A stretch of DNA of 64,000 nt from NCBI GenBank assembly GCA_045587125.1, contig JAZNBN010000023.1, forward strand, positions 879 to 64,878, in the 5' to 3' direction. The position numbers and the translations under genes were made by a program. The notes below the pieces were generated by a model. It saw only the letters and a program-made list of their open reading frames with translations. It had not been told where the DNA came from and made no database searches. Below are positions 38,454-48,020 of this stretch, one piece after another. This DNA comes from Candidatus Enterousia sp. Lineage in GTDB: Bacteria > Pseudomonadota > Alphaproteobacteria > Rs-D84. Position 1 is the stretch's first letter, and each line of letters opens with the position of its first letter.

Positions 38454-39756
38454 ACTCAACCAACTTCCAACCGGTAAATGTGTAACCCGGTTTAACTGGG
38501 TCTGGGGTTGGTAATGTAACCACACCATCATACGTACACATATTTTTGATATGATCACCACCATTATCCGGATTCCAATCAATATTGATTGTGTTGGCTT
38601 CACAAACACCACCTTGTGACACGCCCAATGCACCATACATAACTGCTCGGAAGGCACGATAGTGTACTATACCAAGCCGCAGGCTGTACACACAGTACTC
38701 TGAGCACTCGGACGCACAACTGTCCGCCGATCCGAAGTCGCTGTTGAAGACCCAGGGGGCGGATGTAACCATTTCTTTCGCGCCACCGGCTGCTTGGTAA
38801 CCATCCATTTGACAATAACAATACTGACCGGCGCTGGACGTACTATAATTCTTGTCTGACGATTCGCTGAACGTTACAAAATATTTTGCAAATGTTTCAA
38901 AATTCGCTTCATTTGTCAACCCATCTGTCGAACCAGACATAAAATGTTCAAAGTAATCCATTATAACATTTGCCTTGGCTTGACCATATTGGTTTCTTAA
39001 TTCTTGGCGAAGTTCTTCCATGGTTTTACTACCGTTCGTTACTGCCTCAAGATTATTCATTGCGTATTCAATGGCAGGGTCCGTAGTCGCCTGACAACTC
39101 GCTTTGCCGTATACAACACCATCGGCAAATCCAACAGCATACGTACCGGGACCACTTAATTCACTACTTAGGTCTGCACCAAAATTACTGCCGTCTGGGG
39201 CTATATATGTATAATTTCCATTACTATATTTGATGTAATCAAGCGGTATTAATGGTGTTTGTTCAACCAATGTTATTTCACCATTTATATGATAACCTTT
39301 GTCACAGGCCGTGGCGTAACATGCGTCCGCCCCGTCGCCAAAGTAATCGTTACCGCCGACCGCCGTGGCGTGGGCTATGTTTGCCGTGGCAACTGTACAT
39401 GCGGTGTAGCACTGATTCTGCGCGCCGGCACCGGCATCAGAATTTGGATATCCCGTTGGACATTGGGCGATACTGTTGTCCGCAGTTTCAACCGTATACC
39501 CACCACCAACGCAATATGAGCCCGCGGGGCATGTGGTTTCTGTAACCGATGTGTCCGTTACGTTCAGGTATTCACCCGGGGCCAATGTATAATCTATCAA
39601 ATCCCATGTCGCAATTGTGTTTGCGGTCGCGTCATTTTCATACACACCCAATACGTCAACGGTACATGTATTCGCACTGGTTATTATTTTGTCGGCACCA
39701 AATGCAGGTGCAATAAACGTTCCCATTAATGCGGTGGTTAAAAAATATTTTTTCAT
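38452..39756 (-). CDS. Cys-rich variable surface protein, paralog 2, with C-terminal InlB-B/Flg_new-like repeat
   Basis: MKKYFL signal, TCTVDVLGV.ENDATANTIATW, CPAGSYCVGG, C-terminal DPVKPGYTFTGWKLVE identical to paralog 1. Confidence 0.85.
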   Translation of the reverse strand: MKKYFLTTALMGTFIAPAFGADKIITSANTCTVDVLGVYENDATANTIATWDLIDYTLAPGEYLNVTDTSVTETTCPAGSYCVGGGYTVETADNSIAQCPTGYPNSDAGAGAQNQCYTACTVATANIAHATAVGGNDYFGDGADACYATACDKGYHINGEITLVEQTPLIPLDYIKYSNGNYTYIAPDGSNFGADLSSELSGPGTYAVGFADGVVYGKASCQATTDPAIEYAMNNLEAVTNGSKTMEELRQELRNQYGQAKANVIMDYFEHFMSGSTDGLTNEANFETFAKYFVTFSESSDKNYSTSSAGQYCYCQMDGYQAAGGAKEMVTSAPWVFNSDFGSADSCASECSEYCVYSLRLGIVHYRAFRAVMYGALGVSQGGVCEANTINIDWNPDNGGDHIKNMCTYDGVVTLPTPDPVKPGYTFTGWKLVE

Positions 39757-39841
39757 ATCTCCGTCCCTTCTTTTGTTTTTTGTTGTTTATCTCTTCTTTG
39801 CCACTATCCCTATTCCTGCCTTTGCAGAAGTGACAAGATTG

Positions 39842-39890
39842 AAAAAAAATAATCACCTTAATGGCACAATATGCCATTAAGGTGATTATT
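39842..39890 (-). terminator. Attenuator-type intrinsic terminator in the 5' leader of paralog 2
   Basis: Same 19-bp stem as 19263-19305 with a different 5-nt loop; U8 run on the minus strand. Confidence 0.85.
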
Positions 39891-39923
39891 CAACAACGCA
39901 AACATAGTTTGCGTTAAATGTTT

Positions 39924-39968
39924 TTAACTCTCTCTCTCTCTCTCTAGATTTCTGCGGAATTTTATCAT
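39924..39968 (-). CDS. Putative leader peptide MIKFRRNLERERES containing (AG)9
   Basis: ATG at 39968 in the same position as in copy 1; (CT)9 at 39928-39945; weaker RBS than copy 1. Confidence 0.65.
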   Translation of the reverse strand: MIKFRRNLERERES

Positions 39969-40102
39969 TTTTTGCACTTTTCCCCTGTTATCGGCATTTT
40001 ATCATAATCACCACTTTATTAAAAGCAGAAAATTAAAGATAATGGTATAGATACGCACAAACCCGACATCGTTGGTCGTACAGAAGTATATAATCCTTAA
40101 TC

Positions 40103-40208
40103 AAAATAAATTAGAATGATTTAGATAAAAGTAAAACGGGAATCGTAGTGTACAAACGCTACATGAGATTCCCGTTTTGCTTTTAGATGAATTATTATAA
40201 TTTATTTT
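40103..40208 (+). repeat. Structured palindromic element, type B
   Basis: Near-identical to 19454-19549 and overlaps the secretin stop codon; a degenerate half-copy lies at about 40028-40092. Confidence 0.9.
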
Positions 40209-41835
40209 AGTTTAGAGGGGCACCCCAATTCTGCTGAATCGCTCTCTCCGTATCCATTGGGCTGACCAAAACCTGTGGCGTCAAGATTACAACCAATACT
40301 TCACGTGTTGATGACGATTCGCGTGAACCAGACAAAGCGATAAAGTCAGGATCACCCAAACCATAACGTTTATCTTCGTTTGTTTGTTTTTCAAAACCTG
40401 ATACAACCAACATTTGACCAGATTCCATAATTACTTCTTGCATGAAACTACGTTCTTCTACCTCTGGCAATTGCAGTGTTACTTCACCAATTGTCTGGGT
40501 TGACATACGCAACAATTCACGAACAGACATACGGAACAGTAATAAAATCTTGCCGTTATCTAATACATTTGGCAACAACTGCATTGTAAATCCTGTTTCC
40601 AAATCGTCTTGGTCAACTGTACTGGATTCAACAGTTGTAAAGTTACGTGATTCAAAACGTTTAATATACCCTGTGGTACGTGTATTACTTACCGGTGCAA
40701 CACGATTACTGCGTGTTGTAACACCAACATTTGTAACCAATGAAACTTTACCCTGCTTTGCCAAAGATTCAATCAAGGCCGCACTGCCCGCCGCCCCAGA
40801 CAAAGAACCATTCATAATTTGATCTTGGGTATATGCACCTTCTACTGTTGTACCGCCTTCCTGATGGGTTGCACCTGTCAATGCAGATACTGCATTTGAT
40901 AATACTGCAATGTTCATTGAACTGGCCTCGGTCGATGCAAGATTATTCTTTGGATTTGCGACAATATTCAAACCAGACGTTGAATTAATAGCCGCCGCCA
41001 AATTCAAACCAAATGCCGAATCATTTGAAATTGTTACCTGTAATACCTTGACATCAATTGTAATCAATTGCGACAAACGTTTATTTTGACGTTCAATATA
41101 ATCACCCACACGTGCCAACACAGATGGAGATGCCGTTACAGTAATTGTTCCCAAACTGCGAGAAACTGTAAAGTCTGCATTTTCACTTTTACCAATAATT
41201 GATGCGATTGCACTTTCAACTTCGTCCCATTCCTTTAATGTAGATTGCAAAGAAACTTCATTTGCATCATCTGTTGACACAGCGGTTTGATATGCAACCT
41301 CGGTCCCCAAGGCGAACAAAGTAAATGTTTTTGTTTCTGTTTCATAGAAAACGATTGAATTTTTATCATAATACCACAATAAATCTAAATCTGTTGCAAC
41401 CTGGGACAACAAACCAGACAATTTGCCAGTATATGCAACATTAACCGTCTTTCTTAATTTATCCTGTGCAACCTGACTATCGATTTTAACAGGAATACCT
41501 GTTGCGGAATAAATATCATTTGCCAACACCTGCAAAGACACAGGTTCATTTAATAATATAGTAACCCCCGTATCAGATTCAAATTTAGACGGCAAATTGT
41601 TACGATGTTCCAACACCACTGATTTATTTCCCAACCATACACCTTCGGACATAGAAACGGTATCACCACTGGCCACCTTGGCACGTGGATTTTTAGCCAT
41701 TTCGAATGCATCATATGCATTTATAAAATCTGTATCAACAGATGCTGCAACCTTGGCAGACTGTTCTTTAGCACATCCGACCAATGCACCAACCGCCAAA
41801 GTACACAGAACAATTTTTCTTATTGATTTTAACAT
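40207..41835 (-). CDS. Type IVb pilus secretin lipoprotein (PilN/BfpB/TcpC-like)
   Basis: LVGC lipobox, Y.G.LSGLL.QVA, GTITVTASP, secretin domain (ESLAKQGKVS, TGFTM..LP, SGQMLVVSGFE, LVVILTP). Confidence 0.85.
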   Translation of the reverse strand: MLKSIRKIVLCTLAVGALVGCAKEQSAKVAASVDTDFINAYDAFEMAKNPRAKVASGDTVSMSEGVWLGNKSVVLEHRNNLPSKFESDTGVTILLNEPVSLQVLANDIYSATGIPVKIDSQVAQDKLRKTVNVAYTGKLSGLLSQVATDLDLLWYYDKNSIVFYETETKTFTLFALGTEVAYQTAVSTDDANEVSLQSTLKEWDEVESAIASIIGKSENADFTVSRSLGTITVTASPSVLARVGDYIERQNKRLSQLITIDVKVLQVTISNDSAFGLNLAAAINSTSGLNIVANPKNNLASTEASSMNIAVLSNAVSALTGATHQEGGTTVEGAYTQDQIMNGSLSGAAGSAALIESLAKQGKVSLVTNVGVTTRSNRVAPVSNTRTTGYIKRFESRNFTTVESSTVDQDDLETGFTMQLLPNVLDNGKILLLFRMSVRELLRMSTQTIGEVTLQLPEVEERSFMQEVIMESGQMLVVSGFEKQTNEDKRYGLGDPDFIALSGSRESSSTREVLVVILTPQVLVSPMDTERAIQQNWGAPLN

Positions 41836-41869
41836 ATCTACATTCTCCTAAGTATGACCTTGTATAAAA

Positions 41870-42757
41870 TTATTCTTCTGTGGTTGAAACAACCAAAACT
41901 CTATTTCCCTTATAAAACTTAGCATATGGGATTGGTGTTGCACGTCCAAAGTTACGTACCAACGCAGATGCAACATCTACAAAACGTCCCTTGAATACCG
42001 CACTGGCTTCTATTGGATATTCACGAGATGTTGCCCAAACTAAATCCCAACCTTCTTTATCACACCAAGACTGTAAAACTTCACGCAAGGTCTGACCATT
42101 TGCAACAACCCAAGAACGAACTTGATCCATAACAGGCGCCGCTGGTTCTGCATCAACCGCAACTGCGATTTCTGTTTCTTCTTCGGTAACAATTGTTTCT
42201 TCCTCTTCAACATTCATACCCATTTTAACAGCAAACGCATCATAAGAATCTGCATACTTGCCACATGTTTTACGTCCACTGCGTGAAACAGCCAAAACAT
42301 TTGCACCATCATCTTCTAAAACTTCACGATGTAACAATGGCATTTCCGCAGAAGAATTACATTCATCATCAAACCCCGCAGGAATTTGATTACCATGCAA
42401 CATATTTGCACCACCAGACCAACCTGCAAAATCACCAAAATTTGCAACATCAAAATCATTTTGCACAACCATATCCGAACCAATTTTGGAAACAACACGA
42501 ATATTATCCTGTTGTTTTGTTTTGGAACACGCACCTGTTGCGCAACCAATTACAACGTCTGCATCAGACCCAGCCAACGGCCACGCCGGAACATACGCCT
42601 GGGCAGCACCATTTGAATACTGATACCCGGCATCATCAAACGTCCTTGCCTGTTCATAAAAAACCTCTGATGTAACAACCTGAGGTAACATATCTGCTGC
42701 AAAACAATAGCCAGCAGCAGTTGCAAACATAGCACAAATCAATATCTTGCGGAACAT
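41870..42757 (-). CDS. TcpQ-domain (PilL-like) pilus assembly protein
   Basis: C-terminal W....GQTLREVLQSWC..EGWDLVW....YPIEA...F.G.F..V; directly upstream of the secretin. Confidence 0.75.
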   Translation of the reverse strand: MFRKILICAMFATAAGYCFAADMLPQVVTSEVFYEQARTFDDAGYQYSNGAAQAYVPAWPLAGSDADVVIGCATGACSKTKQQDNIRVVSKIGSDMVVQNDFDVANFGDFAGWSGGANMLHGNQIPAGFDDECNSSAEMPLLHREVLEDDGANVLAVSRSGRKTCGKYADSYDAFAVKMGMNVEEEETIVTEEETEIAVAVDAEPAAPVMDQVRSWVVANGQTLREVLQSWCDKEGWDLVWATSREYPIEASAVFKGRFVDVASALVRNFGRATPIPYAKFYKGNRVLVVSTTEE

Positions 42758-42933
42758 TATAAGACTTCCTTTCCCTATTATTTTACTTATTTAATCTATA
42801 TTATAACAATTTGACCGAATCTGTGCAAGACTAAAAAAAAACAGATTATTCAACAAAAAAAATATATACATAAAATCGCACGAATCGCAAAAAGTATGTT
42901 ATACTGAACAAGAAAATCAAAAAAGGGATTATT

Positions 42934-43473
42934 ATGCAAAGCGTTATTTTATTTGGCACCATGGGTCTTATTATTGTTATTTTTACGATTATTATCATAG
43001 CGATTCAGAAAAATAACGCTCATATCAGAAACATAAACAAAACATTGGAACACCAATACAGTCTTATTATAAAAATACAATCGGTATTAAAAAACAAATC
43101 TGCCACCAATGCGGTAACTGAAAACGCGGAAATGATTTACCAGGACCTGTTACAAAACTTAATCCCAATTATGGCATCTATTGATGTAATGCCACGCAAC
43201 ACACCCGAACATCCATTATGGCGTGCACTGGGCGGAATTATGGACGAATACGCAAAAAATCCATTTACACTTGAAAAATTACGTCGCAGCATCAAATTAA
43301 ATTCTGAAATCGCACGCAGTGTTGACAACTATATGCGTCGTACAGACAGTTTTCTACACTATCTAACAACAACCGAATCAGATGGACTGTTATCATCCAC
43401 ATTCACAGATGGTCTGCTTGGACAATCATTAACATTCTTTGCCCAGGCAAAACAATTGGCAACACAAAGTTAA
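42934..43473 (+). CDS. Membrane-anchored hypothetical protein
   Basis: N-terminal TM helix; AAGGGA RBS; 4 nt before sufB. Confidence 0.7.
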   Translation: MQSVILFGTMGLIIVIFTIIIIAIQKNNAHIRNINKTLEHQYSLIIKIQSVLKNKSATNAVTENAEMIYQDLLQNLIPIMASIDVMPRNTPEHPLWRALGGIMDEYAKNPFTLEKLRRSIKLNSEIARSVDNYMRRTDSFLHYLTTTESDGLLSSTFTDGLLGQSLTFFAQAKQLATQS

Positions 43474-43477
43474 ATAT

Positions 43478-44806
43478 ATGACACGACTATCTGAAAATCT
43501 TGTTCGTGAAATATCTGAAAAACGCAGTGAACCATCGTGGTTATTAGAATGGCGTATTAACGCCTATAATAAATGGAAAACAATGTCCGAACCACATTGG
43601 GCAGAAATAGATTACACACCAATAGATTATAACAGTTTAGATTATTACAACGAAACAGCACCCATTGATAATTCTGATTTAGGCACCATCTATGATAAAA
43701 TGGGATTGCCAGAAAGTGAAAAAAAGGCATTAATGGGAATGGCAACAGACACCGTCATAGACAGTCGTTCTGTTCACACATCATACACATCTGAATTAAA
43801 AAAATTAGGGATTATATTTTTACCTTTTTCAGAAGCCGTTCAAAAACACCCTGATTTAATAAAAAAATATTTAGGCAGCGTTGTTCCCAGCACAGATAAT
43901 TTTTTTGCAGCGTTAAATGCGGCTGTTTTTTCTGATGGCACATTTGTGTACGTTCCACCAAACACAAAATGCCCAATTGATTTAGCCAGTTTTTTCAGAA
44001 TAGAAACTGCAAAAATCGGACAATTTGAAAGAACATTAATCATTGCCGACACAGGTTCCGAACTTACATACCTAGAAGGTTGCAGTGCCCCCAGACGACC
44101 GAATCACCAATTGCATAGTGGTGTCGTTGAAATTATTGTACACGATAACGCAACCGTTAAATACGCAACTGTACAAAATTGGTTCGCAGGTGATTTTGAT
44201 GGCACCAAAAATAACGGCGGCATATTAAACTTTGTTACCAAACGTGGCAAATGTGAAAATAACGCTAAATTATTATGGACCCAGATGGAGATTGGATCTG
44301 CATTAACATGGAAATACCCATCTACAATTTTGTCCGGAAACAATGCGTATAGCGACTTTTACTCGTTGTCTATAACGCGTGGTGCCCAGATGGCAGACAC
44401 AGGCACAAAAATGATACACATTGGCGACAACAGCACATCTAATATTGTATCATACGGTGTTGCAACAGACATATCCAGCCAAACATTTCGCAGTTTGGTT
44501 ACATTCACCGGAAACAATTGTAAAAACGCATCTAAATGTGACAGCAGACTAATAGGTGAAAACGCAATCGCAAACACCCTGCCTAAAATAATACATATTG
44601 GCACAAACAATCAACAATCGCACGAAGCAACCACAGGTGCCATTGATGCAGACGCACTGCAATATTTAAATATGGCGGGCATTGAAACAGATTCTGCAAT
44701 TGCTTTATTAATCGGTGCGACTGCAACACCTGTATTATCACGACTGCCGATGGAATTTTTGGTTGAATCAAAACAACTGATACAAATGGCATTATCAAAG
44801 GATTAA
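43478..44806 (+). CDS. sufB: Fe-S cluster assembly scaffold SufB
   Basis: EPSWLLEWR, DNFFAALNAAVFSDGTFVYVP, GQFERTLII, YLEGCSAP, NFVTKR, TWKYPS, SHEAT. Confidence 0.9.
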   Translation: MTRLSENLVREISEKRSEPSWLLEWRINAYNKWKTMSEPHWAEIDYTPIDYNSLDYYNETAPIDNSDLGTIYDKMGLPESEKKALMGMATDTVIDSRSVHTSYTSELKKLGIIFLPFSEAVQKHPDLIKKYLGSVVPSTDNFFAALNAAVFSDGTFVYVPPNTKCPIDLASFFRIETAKIGQFERTLIIADTGSELTYLEGCSAPRRPNHQLHSGVVEIIVHDNATVKYATVQNWFAGDFDGTKNNGGILNFVTKRGKCENNAKLLWTQMEIGSALTWKYPSTILSGNNAYSDFYSLSITRGAQMADTGTKMIHIGDNSTSNIVSYGVATDISSQTFRSLVTFTGNNCKNASKCDSRLIGENAIANTLPKIIHIGTNNQQSHEATTGAIDADALQYLNMAGIETDSAIALLIGATATPVLSRLPMEFLVESKQLIQMALSKD

Positions 44807-44810
44807 CACA

Positions 44811-45488
44811 ATGCTTGAAATAAAAAACTTATCTGTTTCATTAAATGATAAATTATTACTGGATGATATAAACATTCGCATAAACGACGGCGAACGTATA
44901 CTATTATCTGGCCATAATGGCAGTGGTAAATCAACGCTGGCCAATGTAATTTCAGGCGATTCAAAATACACCATTAATAACGGTCAAATATTGTTTAACG
45001 GCCAAGATATAACACACGAAAACGCAACAACACGTGCTTTATTGGGAATATTTTTGGGTGCACAACATGTGCCTGAAATCCCGGGTCTGACCATTATCAG
45101 TTTATTAAAGCATTCATGCAACGCCCATAAACATTTTCAATCCGGTCAAGATCTATCTATGGGTGAATTTCTAGAAAACCTGGAACACTGGCGTACGAAA
45201 CTAGACATTCCGCGTGAATGGCTGAATCGCAGTGTAAACGTTGGTTTTTCTGGCGGAGAACGAAAAAAAATAATGTTATTACGTCTGGTTATGACACAAC
45301 CAAAATTAGCCATCTTAGATGAGCCTGATTCTGGGGCAGATATTGAAACACAAAAAATGATAACGAACACCATATCTGAAATGCCAAAAACAACATTTAT
45401 ATATATCAGTCATCAACAAACATTTTCAGACATGATAAAACCAACACACACAATAACTTTATCAAACGGTAAAATTATGATACAATAA
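44811..45488 (+). CDS. sufC: Fe-S cluster assembly ATPase SufC
   Basis: GHNGSGKSTL, RSVNVGFSGGERK, ILDEPDSG. Confidence 0.85.
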   Translation: MLEIKNLSVSLNDKLLLDDINIRINDGERILLSGHNGSGKSTLANVISGDSKYTINNGQILFNGQDITHENATTRALLGIFLGAQHVPEIPGLTIISLLKHSCNAHKHFQSGQDLSMGEFLENLEHWRTKLDIPREWLNRSVNVGFSGGERKKIMLLRLVMTQPKLAILDEPDSGADIETQKMITNTISEMPKTTFIYISHQQTFSDMIKPTHTITLSNGKIMIQ

Positions 45489-45524
45489 ACACTGTTATTT
45501 TAAATATAGATGGAGGGAACAAAC

Positions 45525-46448
45525 ATGCAAGAAAACAATACTTCGAAAATATCAAATTGGATATTATGGGCACCTTTAAAATTTGGTTTATTGTTTTTTG
45601 GTCTGATTTTTTTAGCGACAACAATTAATGCCTTTGTATTGGAACGCTTTTTTACACCTAATGTATCGCAAAGTATATTTATTATACTAATATCTATTGC
45701 CCTTGGTTACAGTGCAATATTCTTGGCAAAAAAACTGCCCATAAAAAAGATGGACAGAAAATCATTTATATCATTACACATCGCACAAACCTTAATAACA
45801 ACAATTTGTTTTTATATACTAACATATTTTCTGATATACAACATGCAATCAATTATGTTTAAAATGACAATAATGGCGGCACAATCCATTATAACATTCT
45901 TTATAACAATGCTTGCATTTGGCATAATATTTTCATATATTACCGGGGTTTACTTTTCTAATCTATACGCCAAATTCCGCCGTATACAAGATTTTAATAT
46001 ACCAACATGGAAAATAATTTTAAGTCTTCCGTTTGGATTTTCTGCATTATGGATCCCAGGCTTTTTGTTGGACACAAACAGCAAACAACACGCGGTTATC
46101 ACAAGCAACAAAAAATACAATAAATTTATCAATTGGACATTGAATAACACCACAAATACTGTATCTGCATTTATATTTATCACGCTGTTTTCTATATTAT
46201 TATTTGGGGTAACGCCTGTATTATTAACATTTATTTTTGCATTAATGTACGGCATATGGACATTGCAAATCGGAACAAAAAAATTCAAAAAAATAATTCC
46301 TGGCAAATATTCAACAACCGCCATAATTATTAATGTAATTTTAATATTGACCATTATTGGATTCAGTATTATTGCAACCACTAAACCCGACACAATGATG
46401 ATAAATATTTCTGACACACATGAAATAACAGAAACAATCCAAGGATAA
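45525..46448 (+). CDS. Polytopic membrane protein, hypothetical
   Basis: Multiple TM segments; GGAGGG RBS before ATG 45525. Confidence 0.7.
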   Translation: MQENNTSKISNWILWAPLKFGLLFFGLIFLATTINAFVLERFFTPNVSQSIFIILISIALGYSAIFLAKKLPIKKMDRKSFISLHIAQTLITTICFYILTYFLIYNMQSIMFKMTIMAAQSIITFFITMLAFGIIFSYITGVYFSNLYAKFRRIQDFNIPTWKIILSLPFGFSALWIPGFLLDTNSKQHAVITSNKKYNKFINWTLNNTTNTVSAFIFITLFSILLFGVTPVLLTFIFALMYGIWTLQIGTKKFKKIIPGKYSTTAIIINVILILTIIGFSIIATTKPDTMMINISDTHEITETIQG

Positions 46449-46452
46449 AAAA

Positions 46453-47499
46453 ATGAATGGAATAATAATTTTCACAGCACTTATATTGTTATTATGGTTG
46501 GGACGTTCTATTTTAATACCATTATTAATCGCAACATTTTTATGGTATTTAATGAACGCTATTTCTGATTATTATCGCAAAGTATTACCATATCGTGATT
46601 CTTCGGACACAAAACATAAAATATTACACAGAACTTTTAACCTAGTATCACATATTGCAACATTATGTACCGTATTGGGGATAATATATTTATTTATAAC
46701 TCAAATTCGTCCTATGTTTTCAGAATTGTTCGCCATGTTGCCAACACTGCAAACCAAATTAATAGAATTCGGCACATACCTATCAAATTCAGTTGGCATA
46801 AAATTTGATGCGAATTCATTACCAAACATAACAAACATTGCATCAAACATTGGTGCATCTGTTGCGAACATCGCCACATCAATGGGCATGGTATTTGTAT
46901 ATATGATATTTATGTTCGTAGAACAAAGTACATTCAATCAAAAAATTTCTGCTTTGTTTACCAACAAACGCCAATCGAAAAAATCACGTTATATTTTAGA
47001 CAGTATTGATTACAACATGAAAAGATATTTATTTGTTAAAACAACTATATCTGGCATAACGGGTTTACTTTCTTTTGTATGGTTGCAATTAATTGGGGTT
47101 GAATTTGCGGGTGTATGGGCATTTATAGTATTTATCACCAGTTACATTCCAACAATTGGTGCCATTGTAGCGTGTGGTCTGCCGATATTATATTCATTAC
47201 TGGTTGCACCATCTCTGCAACAACCAATATTAACCGCCATTGGATTAATTGCGCTTCAGATAATATTTGGAAATATATTAGAACCAAAATTTACAGGCAA
47301 AACATTAAACCTGTCTACATTGGCCATTTTAATAAACTTGGTATTTTGGGGTATGCTGTGGGGGGTTGCAGGAATGTTTTTCAGTGTTCCAATGTTGGTG
47401 GGAATATTTGTTATATGTGCACAATTTGATTCAACCCGCCCTATTGCAGTACTGTTATCAGCAGACGGGAACATTCCAGACAAAAAAGAAGACGAATAA
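46453..47499 (+). CDS. AI-2E (PerM/TqsA) family transporter
   Basis: RYLFVKT.IS, F...YIPTIG, GNILEPK..G..LNLS, FWG.LWG..GMF.SVP. Confidence 0.85.
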   Translation: MNGIIIFTALILLLWLGRSILIPLLIATFLWYLMNAISDYYRKVLPYRDSSDTKHKILHRTFNLVSHIATLCTVLGIIYLFITQIRPMFSELFAMLPTLQTKLIEFGTYLSNSVGIKFDANSLPNITNIASNIGASVANIATSMGMVFVYMIFMFVEQSTFNQKISALFTNKRQSKKSRYILDSIDYNMKRYLFVKTTISGITGLLSFVWLQLIGVEFAGVWAFIVFITSYIPTIGAIVACGLPILYSLLVAPSLQQPILTAIGLIALQIIFGNILEPKFTGKTLNLSTLAILINLVFWGMLWGVAGMFFSVPMLVGIFVICAQFDSTRPIAVLLSADGNIPDKKEDE

Positions 47500-47534
47500 C
47501 AAAACACGCTATACGCATAAAAACCGGACTTTTT

Positions 47535-47984
47535 TCAGATCCGGTTTATCATTGCAATTGCATTTTCCAAAATCACACGTGCAGATTCTGAATCTAAATT
47601 TTCCTTTAATTTTGACATACCGACCCATCCCATATTTTCCTGGGCCGCCGCAGACGTTAAATTTTCTTCAATTGTACATATTGGTAAATCTGTAACCTTG
47701 GCCAATGCATCTATGAACATACGTACCATTTTTGTTGTATCACTGTCACTGCCATCGCTGTACAGCGGTAATCCAACAACAATTCCAACCACAGATTCTT
47801 TTTTTGCAATATCTGCAATCAAATTTGCATGATTATCCGCCCCACGTGGCACAACCACAACAGGTCGTACAAACACAAAGTCATGTCCCGCATCAGATAC
47901 AGCCACACCAATGCGACGCAATCCCCAATCAATTCCCAATAAACGTCCCGAATGTGGAAAAGCCTTGAAATCTGGTAAAATCAT
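47535..47984 (-). CDS. ruvX: RuvX/YqgF (pre-16S rRNA nuclease)
   Basis: LLGIDWGLRRIGVAVSD, IVVGLP, EENLTS, DSESARVIL. Confidence 0.9.
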   Translation of the reverse strand: MILPDFKAFPHSGRLLGIDWGLRRIGVAVSDAGHDFVFVRPVVVVPRGADNHANLIADIAKKESVVGIVVGLPLYSDGSDSDTTKMVRMFIDALAKVTDLPICTIEENLTSAAAQENMGWVGMSKLKENLDSESARVILENAIAMINRI

Positions 47985-48020
47985 TGTATAATTCCTCTTG
48001 TTTTTAATATAGGATTGAAA

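Noticed and set aside
38247-38657. Similar alternative-frame ORFs at 38247-38657 and 17512-17769
   Set aside because: Their similarity comes from the shared gene end plus repeat A read in a shifted frame; there is no independent evidence of coding.
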